A program made the position numbers and the translations under genes. A stretch of 64,000 nucleotides of DNA from a virus. The stretch spans positions 6,029-70,028 of the IMG/VR virus record IMGVR_UViG_3300025646_000032. One strand, written 5' to 3'. Positions 9,679 through 18,749 of the stretch are shown one piece after another (the first letter of the stretch is position 1; each line of letters opens with the position of its first letter). A model generated the notes under the pieces. The model saw only the letters and a program-made list of their open reading frames with translations. It searched no databases and was not told the DNA's origin.

Positions 9679-10309
9679 TCTCCTTTTGAAGAATTAATGT
9701 AGCATATAGCATAACCTCAGTAACAGTTTCTGCTGAGTGGATTTTTTTCTTTAGGGGGTTCCTAGACTGTTTAATGTCTAGCATTTCAAGAGCCTCGTTT
9801 TTAGCTCTTACCAAAGGATCCAATGCTCGTTCTTCGTTAAGTAGAAGCGTACAGTAAGCTGCAACTTCCATAGGAGATTTAGATTTTCTTATTAGTCGTT
9901 TAAACTCTGAATTTTTAGAGTTTTTAATTTCTTCAATCTCAAACGCTTCTAATTTTGCACCAAATAGCTGCTCTTGTTTTGCTCTTGCAGCCTGTGCTTC
10001 ACGCCTTTCCATTTGACGTTTGATATTTTCGTTACGTCTTTTTAAACTATCCTCTGTATTCTTATCAATATCCTCTTCTGTATATTGAGAAAGAATAAGT
10101 TGCATATCAGGATTCGTACCATCTCTATCCATAATAGACATGATACGTTTTTGTCCTGTGGGTGTAACTGCGGTAACGATAAGATGACGATGTTCCTTAT
10201 TAGACCAATAAGGAAACTCGTACGTCAGGTCGTCTTTTTTTGCTTTAGCAGGATCTACAAGATCGACTTTAACGTCTTGTAAATCAAATTCATTTTGCAC
10301 TTCTGGCAT
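9653..10309 (-). CDS. Hypothetical protein with duplicated C-terminal helical module
   Basis: 218 aa, GGAG RBS, sigma70 promoter upstream. Confidence 0.7.
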   Translation of the reverse strand: MPEVQNEFDLQDVKVDLVDPAKAKKDDLTYEFPYWSNKEHRHLIVTAVTPTGQKRIMSIMDRDGTNPDMQLILSQYTEEDIDKNTEDSLKRRNENIKRQMERREAQAARAKQEQLFGAKLEAFEIEEIKNSKNSEFKRLIRKSKSPMEVAAYCTLLLNEERALDPLVRAKNEALEMLDIKQSRNPLKKKIHSAETVTEVMLYATLILQKEIDNAKKKK

Positions 10310-10344
10310 TATGTATTCACTCCATTATGTAGAAATTTATCTAT

Positions 10345-10373
10345 ATTATACTATATGTATAATGTCTTGTCAA
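10345..10373 (-). promoter_or_regulatory. Consensus sigma70 (early) promoter
   Basis: TTGACA-17 nt-TATAAT. Confidence 0.8.
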
Positions 10374-10378
10374 GTATA

Positions 10379-11674
10379 TTATGCAGTTCTTAACCAAAGC
10401 CTAATTGTTGACACTGTATCTTTTGTAGCTTGGATAGTATCTCCAGCGTATGTTCCAGTATATGTACCGGAGTAGTAACCTACATAAGAACCAGTATAAT
10501 AACCTGTATATGTTCCTGTATATGCTGATGTTCCAACATAGTAACCAACGTAAGGTCCAGAGTATGTTCCGCTGTATGTTCCTGAATATGTTTTAGCTCC
10601 AGTGTAATATCCGGTATAGTAACCAGTATAGTACCCGGTATAATATCCAGTATATGTTGCGTGTGCATAACCTGCATAAAAAAGAGTATAGTTACCAGTG
10701 TATGCTCCGGCATATGCACCTGAGTAACCACCTGCATAAGCAGATGTCCCTACATAGTTACCAGCATAGGTACCTGAGTAAGTTCCAGTATAAGAACCAC
10801 TATACGTTTTAGGACCAACATAGCTACCAACATAGTTGCCTGAGTATGTTCCGCTGTATGTTCCAGCATATGGTCCTGTGTAAGAACCTACATAGTTTTC
10901 AGATGCAACTGCTTGTCTTGTATCAGTAAAATCATTACCCATCTGTGTCCATGTTCCGCCGCTAGTAGGAGCAGATGCTTGTAATGCGTAAGTACCAACA
11001 CCATTAGCAATAATTCTATTTCTAAAGTTAGGTACAAGTTGCTCAATTTCTGCTTCTGTCATCATTGTAGCACTTGAAGAGCTAACTTTCATAGAAGCTA
11101 AATCAGAGTTGCCTGTATTTGTTGGTGTTGTTTTTTGCCACAAATATGTGGTGCTGTTACCGCCTTGTGCAGTATCAGTAATCGTGTATCGAGAAGTCCA
11201 AGTACCTCCAGCTGGAGCTGAGCCAGCTAGTACATATTGTCCTGCTGTATAGGTAGTCTCACCTACCATGTCGCCAATAACTTTATCTAAAATGTCTGTA
11301 TCTAACGCAGTGTCATCAAATTCTTTAATACCGCCGTCGTAGCCTACGGGTCTGGTAGTAATACTTTCAGTAGCTGCTGATGTTACTTGTTTAAAATAAT
11401 ATGTTGTGCTGCTTGTTGCGCCAGCAGTTGGGTGATCTCCAATACTATCTTGTCTAATAGTATCAGTAAACGTACCAATAGATGTGCCGCTGAGAGCGTT
11501 AGCGGTATCTACATTTAATTCTGCTGTACCTGTTCCATCTGTATCAGATGCAAACTTTTTTGTAATTACATAAGAGAGATACTCTTGAATCTCTCCATCT
11601 GTCATTTCCTGCAAACCTTGGAAGTTTGAGGACGTAATCGGTGTTCCAGATGCTTTTACTCTTAATGGTCTCAT
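10379..11674 (-). CDS. Putative virion protein with a long (Y-x-G-x)n repeat
   Basis: T/S/G-rich; more than 30 YxGx tetrapeptides near the C-terminus; last gene of the structural operon. Confidence 0.75.
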   Translation of the reverse strand: MRPLRVKASGTPITSSNFQGLQEMTDGEIQEYLSYVITKKFASDTDGTGTAELNVDTANALSGTSIGTFTDTIRQDSIGDHPTAGATSSTTYYFKQVTSAATESITTRPVGYDGGIKEFDDTALDTDILDKVIGDMVGETTYTAGQYVLAGSAPAGGTWTSRYTITDTAQGGNSTTYLWQKTTPTNTGNSDLASMKVSSSSATMMTEAEIEQLVPNFRNRIIANGVGTYALQASAPTSGGTWTQMGNDFTDTRQAVASENYVGSYTGPYAGTYSGTYSGNYVGSYVGPKTYSGSYTGTYSGTYAGNYVGTSAYAGGYSGAYAGAYTGNYTLFYAGYAHATYTGYYTGYYTGYYTGYYTGAKTYSGTYSGTYSGPYVGYYVGTSAYTGTYTGYYTGSYVGYYSGTYTGTYAGDTIQATKDTVSTIRLWLRTA

Positions 11675-11685
11675 AGTCCTCGTCC

Positions 11686-12186
11686 TTAGTTAATTCTAGT
11701 GCCAGATGAATCAAAAACAAGTACATCGGCCATGCTGTTCCATTTGGAACCTGAAACTGCAATAAGTTCCATAGTCATGCCCGGCCCTAAAGATTTCGCT
11801 ACGTTTGTACCGTTAGCGTCAATTTGATCTGAAGTCCCTGGATAAACGTTAATGTTTACTGATGTGTCGTTAACAATCTTTACCACCAACCCTGTTACTG
11901 CTGATGGGAGTACGACACCCTGATTAGCGGCTGCTGCGGTTACAACATTATAGGTAGATGTAAGTGAAGTAGCATCTCCTTGTGTTGTACCTGCTGCTGA
12001 AACAGAACCGCCTACACTAAATGAAGATGATCCTGTTACTGTTAAATCTCCACCGACATCTAAGTCAGTTGGAGCCATATTATCACCGCTCTCGTACTTA
12101 TCAGTATTTAGGTTGGTAAAGTTATTGTCAACTTCAGTATTCGTTAAAGGGCTACCTTTAACTGTTCTTAATGTAAGTGTTGCCAT
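11686..12186 (-). CDS. Virion structural/fibre accessory protein
   Basis: TLR..KGSPLTNTEVDNNFTNLN N-terminal motif common in phage fibre proteins. Confidence 0.7.
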   Translation of the reverse strand: MATLTLRTVKGSPLTNTEVDNNFTNLNTDKYESGDNMAPTDLDVGGDLTVTGSSSFSVGGSVSAAGTTQGDATSLTSTYNVVTAAAANQGVVLPSAVTGLVVKIVNDTSVNINVYPGTSDQIDANGTNVAKSLGPGMTMELIAVSGSKWNSMADVLVFDSSGTRIN

Positions 12187-12198
12187 TTCTTTACCTTT

Positions 12199-12435
12199 TT
12201 AGTTAAATTTAGAAGTTATTAATTTTAACATACTCTTAATTTCATTAATCTCATCTCTGAGACTATTTATATCATCTACGCACTTATCTAATTTAGCACG
12301 TTGATTATCACTGTTTTTCTTTCTCAATTTGTAGTCTTGCAAACCTCTTTTATTACAAGACAATAGTGCTTTAGAAGATAAGTCTCTAACAAAATCTGTT
12401 CTTCCTTCTATAGCAATCGTATTTATATCTTTCAT
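12199..12435 (-). CDS. Conserved small protein following the VrlC-like gene
   Basis: IEG...VRD..SKALL..N plus C-terminal coiled coil; synteny. Confidence 0.65.
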   Translation of the reverse strand: MKDINTIAIEGRTDFVRDLSSKALLSCNKRGLQDYKLRKKNSDNQRAKLDKCVDDINSLRDEINEIKSMLKLITSKFN

Positions 12436-12439
12436 AATC

Positions 12440-15400
12440 TTATACCTGCAACGCTATAGCTCGTAAGTCTTTAATCTTAGGCACTTGCGCTGTATTAGAC
12501 GCCGTTGGCACAACCTTAATAGCAAACTGTTTGTACGTTTTATATGTAGTTATGCTCTGTGTTGCAGTTGCAGTAGCACTTGAGCCACCGCCTCCAGTAA
12601 TGGTTACTGTAACAGTACCACCCTTATAATCTCTACCTGGATCTTCAATATTAATTGCTGTAATCTGTCCTGTACCTGTATTAACATCAGCAGTTGCTGT
12701 TGCACCGTATCCATCTAAATATCCGCCCGAGTGGGTAATGGTTACAGTAGGTTGTGAAGTGTAACCACTTCCACCATTTGTTACTGCGATACTGCTAATT
12801 ACATGCACATCGTATTCAAATACACCAGTAACAGGGTCTACGCCCGCATCATCGGTTTTTGCTCCCCCTCCAAGACTTGTTTTTTCAGGAATACTATAAA
12901 CATATTCAATAAAGTCATCGGTTGTGTCTTCTGGTTTTGCTTCAAGCTCTAATGGAACCCAATGAGCATCTTCTGTTAATACACCTGGATCGTTTGAGTT
13001 TAAACCTTTGAAGTACGCATAAACATTAGCTCCTTCTGGAAGTTTGTTTGCTAGGAACACTTGCATATCTTCTGCATCTTGTCCTTCGTCTAATGTAACA
13101 CGTCTTGAAATATATCTAGAAGCGGAATCTCCACCTCTTCTTCCATCTTCTCCGTTTGTTGTGTTGTTTATATCATTCTTAAAACACAATGCTGTTACGG
13201 CTGCAACATCAACCATTGGAGATACATTAGAAGAACTTGAACTTAGAACAACATCCATGTTAAATGTTTTGTTACCACTATAAGTGTCAACCTCATTGCT
13301 TCTGCTGTAAATTGTTTTCTGATTTTCTAGTTCAGTTGTAAAGCCAATATCTGCGGGATCAAATTCAGTTCCTGCAGCAATTGAACCAGTTTGTGTCCAA
13401 GCAATGGAAGATCTAATAGTAGTGTTATTCGTTTGCAGCGCACCGTTCGTAATTACAAAGGCGTCCACTATTTTATCTGTTAAAGAAGATAGTGATGCAT
13501 AACCAACAGAAGAACCTATTAAATCTCCTACGTTAAACGTAAATGCTCCAAATGCTTGTTCTGCTGTTGCATAGCTGTATAAGGTATTCCATTCTCTTAC
13601 GACAGCTGTTTTTAAGTCTAAAGACGCTGTAGCGTCTGTAGTCGCGCCGCCGCCAGTAATAGATACTGTTGGTGCCGAAATATAACCAACTCCTGGATTT
13701 GTAATTGTGATTCCTGTTAGTTCTCCAGTTGAAGTATTTACTGTTGCAGTTGCAGTAGCACCTGAGCCACCGCCTCCAGTAATTGTTACTGTGGGGGCTG
13801 ATGTATAACCAGCGCCGGCTGTATCAACTGTAGGATCAAAAGCATGTAAAATAGTTCCTGGTTCAAATTTTTCTGCATCAAAGGACCAATTTTCAAATGA
13901 CATCCAATCATATGGCTTGTTAACCATTCTTAAAGTTTTACTTCCTGTTTGGAAAATACACTTATTGATTTGGAACATCATGTCTTCACCTTGGCGAGGA
14001 GTCCAAGTTCTGTTATTAGCAGATGAGAACATCATACCACCATGTGGTTGTTTGTCAATTCTTTGGTCTGTACCGTAGTGATTTTCCCCAAGAGTTGCTG
14101 TCCAAACATTATATGAATCGTTATCATTATCAGGAATTGGCACAAAACAATATTCGGTATTATTTTGTAAGTAAACAGGCACTGGGAATTGGAATCTTGT
14201 TCCAACAAATTGTGCAGCACCAGTTGATGGATCTTTTCCGGAAATCTGAATCTGTCCACCATTTAAATGAACCTCACCAAAAGGTAAAACTCTTGGTCCT
14301 GGCATACCATTAATAACTTCTCTAATTTGTAATTTAACACCTAAAGATTCGGATCTAGTAGCAAAGAAAAGATCAATTGAATCAATAAAACAACCTCCAG
14401 GGTGGTTCTGAACCATAAATGTTTGAGCTAATGGATCCATTGCCATGCCCCATGCGCCCTCGTTCACCCAAAAGTCATCCATGATATCGTCAAGAAGTGA
14501 CTGCCAGTCGGTTGTTGGCGGAGGTGGAGGTGGCTCCGCTGTCGGGGGAGGATCAGTAGGCTCTGGTGTTGGCGGTACCGGCGTAGGTGTCGGCGGTACC
14601 GGCGTAGGTATAACAGGCTCCGGCGTTGGTGGCTCCGGCGTAGGTGGTTGCCCCGTTGGTGGCGGAACAATAGGAGTAGGCACTGGCGTCGGCCTAGGAG
14701 TTACTACCGGGTTTGATGGCTGTGGCACGAAAACAGTAACAGGCGGAACATAAACAGTAGGACCTGGTACCGGAATAGGATTAGGTATAATTGTTTCTGT
14801 GGGAGGAGGTAGTGGTGTTCCGCCCCCAGGAACAAAACTTAAAGATGTATCTGTTACTGTTCTATCTCGAGTTGTATGAACCGCGTTAACTGTTGCAGTT
14901 CTTAAAGATACAATAGTTCCTTGTTTTTGTTGTGATAAGCCCGATGAATAAAATTGAGAAACAGTGCTTGTTGTAATAAACAGTTCTCTATTTTGAGCAT
15001 CGTCAACTAATAGAAAATTTCTATTACCTGTTCTAAATACTCCTGCTGGCACTCTAAAAGAGCCTCTAATATTACCGGATGCGTCTGTGAGTAAAGGATC
15101 TCCGTAATCATTATCTCCAGCCCAAGCTGGACGGCAATGTTGTGAAACATTAATACCATCGAAGAAAGGATATACTCTTGTATTAGGCCTTAAGCGAGAT
15201 GCATTAAAGTTGATAATTATAGATCTCATAAAAGGAACAACGCTTGTATTAACTACACGTTCGCCTAAATCTTGTGTTTCAGAACCACCCTCTCCAATAA
15301 CCAATGAGGTTCCAACTGACTGTTGATTCTGTGTTGTTGTTGTGGTTGTATATGTATCAGCAGTCCCGTTACCTTGTCCTGGGGCAACAGCTCTGTCTAC

Positions 15401-18400
15401 TGAAACACTAGTTTGAGAAACGCTTGCTGTTCCAACATCTTCCCATGCACCCCATTGTGTTCCAAAAGCATCTGCCATTTGTACCATGTTGTCATACAAG
15501 CCGTTAAAGTTTGCAGTAATTGCTGGAAGAGTTGAGGTGTCTACAAAAGTGTCAAATTCAGGATCTATTACCATGTCACCATTGTAGTTAAATAAAAGCT
15601 CTGTTACTAAGTTTGTATAATTACTTGCTTGTTTTTGTGCTGTTAAAGGCCCGGTTGCATAAGGCAACATTGCTACACCCTCTTTAAGTTGAGGATATTC
15701 AAGAACATTAGGTCTTTTTACTAATACGTTTGTTGCAGATGAAGCACTCACCATCAACGGAATTTGTTCTTGGTTAAAGAAAGGCCTTAATTCTTGTCTT
15801 TTAGGATCAATAGCAGCGTGGAAATCGTCATCACTAACTGCTGAAATGTTGTGTCCTCTAAAATTGTCTACAAGAATACCGTTTTTAAATCTGTCATTGT
15901 TATTAGCATCTCGAATAGTTAACTCTGCCGCATTTTTTTCTAACAAACTCAATGCAGTATAGTATTCCATTCTTGTGATTCTTTGATCGAGTTGACCAAT
16001 ATCACGCATTGTATAACGTCTATTGTCGTTATGTTTAATATTAATTCTATAATCTTGTCTGTTGATATTTTTTGCAGCAGCTGCTGATAAACTTGGATAT
16101 GGTGGAATAATAAAAGCTGCTAGTTCCATTGCATCTGGAACCATTTGAGGTAAGACAGGATTATCTTTGTAATCTGACTCGAGGACTCTAAAATTTCCTT
16201 CTCCGTCTAAAATTACTCTTGCGCCGCGTCCTCTGTAATATTGTAAGTCTGTTGAAAATTGTTCTACAGGTACAGGGTTAGTCAAACCATCTGCAGGTCT
16301 GTCAATTTGTTGTACTTGAGAAGGATTCTCTGGTGCAGTAGCTACTGATGAAGTTGGAGATGCAGTGTCTGTCATTCTAGGTCTAAAGTCGACACAATCT
16401 TTTAAATTAAAATCTCCATACTTCTGTGAACGATATAACGGAATTTCTTCTGTCTTAATTCCTGAAACACCTGTATCATCTACAGGATATGAATCCACGC
16501 AGAAGAAAGAGGCACCGTTACTAGTATGTGTAAAGTAATCAAACTTAACAAGAATATAAGGAAGTGTAGCTAAGTTTACTGTTGCACCTTGTTTTTTAAT
16601 AATCTTACAATGTCCGTAATAATTATCGCCTTGTCCATTATCAAAAATAAACTGATTTGTTACATCAATTGCACCAGTTTCGTAATCTGAATTTGATGAT
16701 GCTGTAATTTCTTTTACACGGAAACCATCAGCTACACCAAGTAAGTATGTTCCACTTGTGCCGTTGACATGTGTGGCAGTATCAATTTTAACGTATCTAT
16801 CTTCAACAATAGATTTAGATGTTGGTGCAGTATCTGCTCTTTGTACGTTAACATATACTCTTGCATTTGTTGCAATTGAAAAAGTGTCTGGCAAATCAAT
16901 AGTTAAGGACTGAGGATTGTTAAGAGTAAATGTAGCGCCTGTTAAATCTAACCAGTCTCCATTATTTTTAAGTCCTGCAGGAGTTAAAGTAACTCCTCCC
17001 TTTAAAACCATTGAGAAGTTATTTTCAATGACTGTTTGTGTAAAACTTGTGTAAGGGAAAGTTTCGTCAGTAGAAAGTGTTAAAGTAAATTGTCCAGTTA
17101 AACCAACTGAGATATCAAACTCTTTAGTGTATTGGAAATTATAGTCATATGCTGTTCCCCCAGCATCTGCTCGAAGTGTTCTAATATTTTTCTTAGGTAG
17201 TCTCCATAAGAACTTATTAAAAGAAGTTTCTTTTATCTCTGCAAGTCCACTATCTAGAACAATGTCTCCAAATGCTTCTGTGCCAGAATAGTTGTAATAA
17301 ATAGATCTAACTGCACTAAACTCCCCAGATAACATCTTAATATCATAAAGGTATAATCTGTATACTGCTGCAGCTGTGCCAGCTGTTCCGTCTGAGTGGG
17401 TAACATGTCTAACTCTTGCAGTACCTACTTTTGTTCCTGAAGCTGTTCCTGTTCCGGAGCCACTTCCAGCAGTTACTTTGTTTTGTGCGGTATCATAAAG
17501 GTCTACTATACCCCCGCCATCAACATCAAATACACCAACTACTTCTTCAATGTTTACATAGTTACCATACGCAGTACCAATTGGAATGCCTTCTTTGGTA
17601 ACATAGTTGGTTGATTTATCAATAGCTATTCTTACTGTTTCATATGTTTCTCTAGGAAATCCTTGTACTACCGATTTACCGGGAGCAACAGTAACAGCTA
17701 ATTTTGAACTATCTCCAAGATCGGCAAGTGATAACCATCCTCCATTTCCATTACCATCTTCTAAATGCTCAATAACATCAACTTTATGTCCTCTAATGGT
17801 GTAATCACCTGAGTTGTCATAAAATCTTTTAGCAATTTCTTTACCTAAAGAAGCAAATGGATCTGTTTTGGTATCTACTTTTAAAATTGCTCCGTATTTA
17901 AAATCTATCCAATGATAAAAATCATCTGGAATTTCTGTACCTAATTCAACACCATACTCTTGTAGTTTAAGAGAGGTTAAATTTACAGTATATTTTAATC
18001 TGTCTGCACCTGGTGCGTTGTGGTTGTAAGAACCTTGAGCTGGATCTAGTAATGTCTGATCTGATCCTGACTGAACAATTGATTCACTTAACAACCAACC
18101 AACACTGTAATAACCAGCCATAGTATCTAATGTATCAATAAATATCGTTTGTGCATCTACTAATACAAATTTTCCTGCTAAGTAAACAATACCTTCTGTA
18201 ATTGAAATTCTTTTAGTTTTACCATACCAAATTTCTCTTGCAGTTCCAGAAGTAGTATTATTAGTTACAAATGTTCTACCGATTCCATCCCCTTCTACTA
18301 CTGTTAATTTTTCATTAGGTAAAAACTCTTTTGCTGTACCTCTTCCGCCAACATAGTCGATGTATAATGCCTTTAAATCGGGTGCATCAGTTTCACTTCC

Positions 18401-18739
18401 CTGTGCAACATAGCGAACATAAGCAGAAACTTGAGATGTTGCTCCATATAGTTTGGATCCAACAACCTGTGAAAGATTTGAAACATCATTTCCATTAAAG
18501 TCTGTATCGTTAACTTTAATATAAGGAACATCAGTAATAGTTTCTGCACAACCTGTAATTACTGTACCTTCAGTAATTGCCCAGTTGCCAAGAGATTTGA
18601 TGTTGTCTTGTAACAATGTTTGGAGCTGTGTTAACTCCCTTGCCTGTACAGCAACACCTGGCTTAAATAAAATTCGCTGAAAGCCTTTGGTAGGATCAAA
18701 ATCATCAAAATATGGAGCTGCGTTTAAATTAATTGCCAT
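12440..18739 (-). CDS. Large virion structural protein, VrlC/DUF4815-like
   Basis: PYFDDFD..RILFKPG.AVQARELTQLQ, APGADRLK, RYTMRDIG, RFKNGILVDNF, DPLAQTF motifs. Confidence 0.85.
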   Translation of the reverse strand: MAINLNAAPYFDDFDPTKGFQRILFKPGVAVQARELTQLQTLLQDNIKSLGNWAITEGTVITGCAETITDVPYIKVNDTDFNGNDVSNLSQVVGSKLYGATSQVSAYVRYVAQGSETDAPDLKALYIDYVGGRGTAKEFLPNEKLTVVEGDGIGRTFVTNNTTSGTAREIWYGKTKRISITEGIVYLAGKFVLVDAQTIFIDTLDTMAGYYSVGWLLSESIVQSGSDQTLLDPAQGSYNHNAPGADRLKYTVNLTSLKLQEYGVELGTEIPDDFYHWIDFKYGAILKVDTKTDPFASLGKEIAKRFYDNSGDYTIRGHKVDVIEHLEDGNGNGGWLSLADLGDSSKLAVTVAPGKSVVQGFPRETYETVRIAIDKSTNYVTKEGIPIGTAYGNYVNIEEVVGVFDVDGGGIVDLYDTAQNKVTAGSGSGTGTASGTKVGTARVRHVTHSDGTAGTAAAVYRLYLYDIKMLSGEFSAVRSIYYNYSGTEAFGDIVLDSGLAEIKETSFNKFLWRLPKKNIRTLRADAGGTAYDYNFQYTKEFDISVGLTGQFTLTLSTDETFPYTSFTQTVIENNFSMVLKGGVTLTPAGLKNNGDWLDLTGATFTLNNPQSLTIDLPDTFSIATNARVYVNVQRADTAPTSKSIVEDRYVKIDTATHVNGTSGTYLLGVADGFRVKEITASSNSDYETGAIDVTNQFIFDNGQGDNYYGHCKIIKKQGATVNLATLPYILVKFDYFTHTSNGASFFCVDSYPVDDTGVSGIKTEEIPLYRSQKYGDFNLKDCVDFRPRMTDTASPTSSVATAPENPSQVQQIDRPADGLTNPVPVEQFSTDLQYYRGRGARVILDGEGNFRVLESDYKDNPVLPQMVPDAMELAAFIIPPYPSLSAAAAKNINRQDYRINIKHNDNRRYTMRDIGQLDQRITRMEYYTALSLLEKNAAELTIRDANNNDRFKNGILVDNFRGHNISAVSDDDFHAAIDPKRQELRPFFNQEQIPLMVSASSATNVLVKRPNVLEYPQLKEGVAMLPYATGPLTAQKQASNYTNLVTELLFNYNGDMVIDPEFDTFVDTSTLPAITANFNGLYDNMVQMADAFGTQWGAWEDVGTASVSQTSVSVDRAVAPGQGNGTADTYTTTTTTQNQQSVGTSLVIGEGGSETQDLGERVVNTSVVPFMRSIIINFNASRLRPNTRVYPFFDGINVSQHCRPAWAGDNDYGDPLLTDASGNIRGSFRVPAGVFRTGNRNFLLVDDAQNRELFITTSTVSQFYSSGLSQQKQGTIVSLRTATVNAVHTTRDRTVTDTSLSFVPGGGTPLPPPTETIIPNPIPVPGPTVYVPPVTVFVPQPSNPVVTPRPTPVPTPIVPPPTGQPPTPEPPTPEPVIPTPVPPTPTPVPPTPEPTDPPPTAEPPPPPPTTDWQSLLDDIMDDFWVNEGAWGMAMDPLAQTFMVQNHPGGCFIDSIDLFFATRSESLGVKLQIREVINGMPGPRVLPFGEVHLNGGQIQISGKDPSTGAAQFVGTRFQFPVPVYLQNNTEYCFVPIPDNDNDSYNVWTATLGENHYGTDQRIDKQPHGGMMFSSANNRTWTPRQGEDMMFQINKCIFQTGSKTLRMVNKPYDWMSFENWSFDAEKFEPGTILHAFDPTVDTAGAGYTSAPTVTITGGGGSGATATATVNTSTGELTGITITNPGVGYISAPTVSITGGGATTDATASLDLKTAVVREWNTLYSYATAEQAFGAFTFNVGDLIGSSVGYASLSSLTDKIVDAFVITNGALQTNNTTIRSSIAWTQTGSIAAGTEFDPADIGFTTELENQKTIYSRSNEVDTYSGNKTFNMDVVLSSSSSNVSPMVDVAAVTALCFKNDINNTTNGEDGRRGGDSASRYISRRVTLDEGQDAEDMQVFLANKLPEGANVYAYFKGLNSNDPGVLTEDAHWVPLELEAKPEDTTDDFIEYVYSIPEKTSLGGGAKTDDAGVDPVTGVFEYDVHVISSIAVTNGGSGYTSQPTVTITHSGGYLDGYGATATADVNTGTGQITAINIEDPGRDYKGGTVTVTITGGGGSSATATATQSITTYKTYKQFAIKVVPTASNTAQVPKIKDLRAIALQV

Positions 18740-18749
18740 TTATTGTGTC

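Noticed and set aside
14445-14753. Gly/Val-rich ORF on the plus strand
   Set aside because: Antisense shadow of the Pro-rich linker
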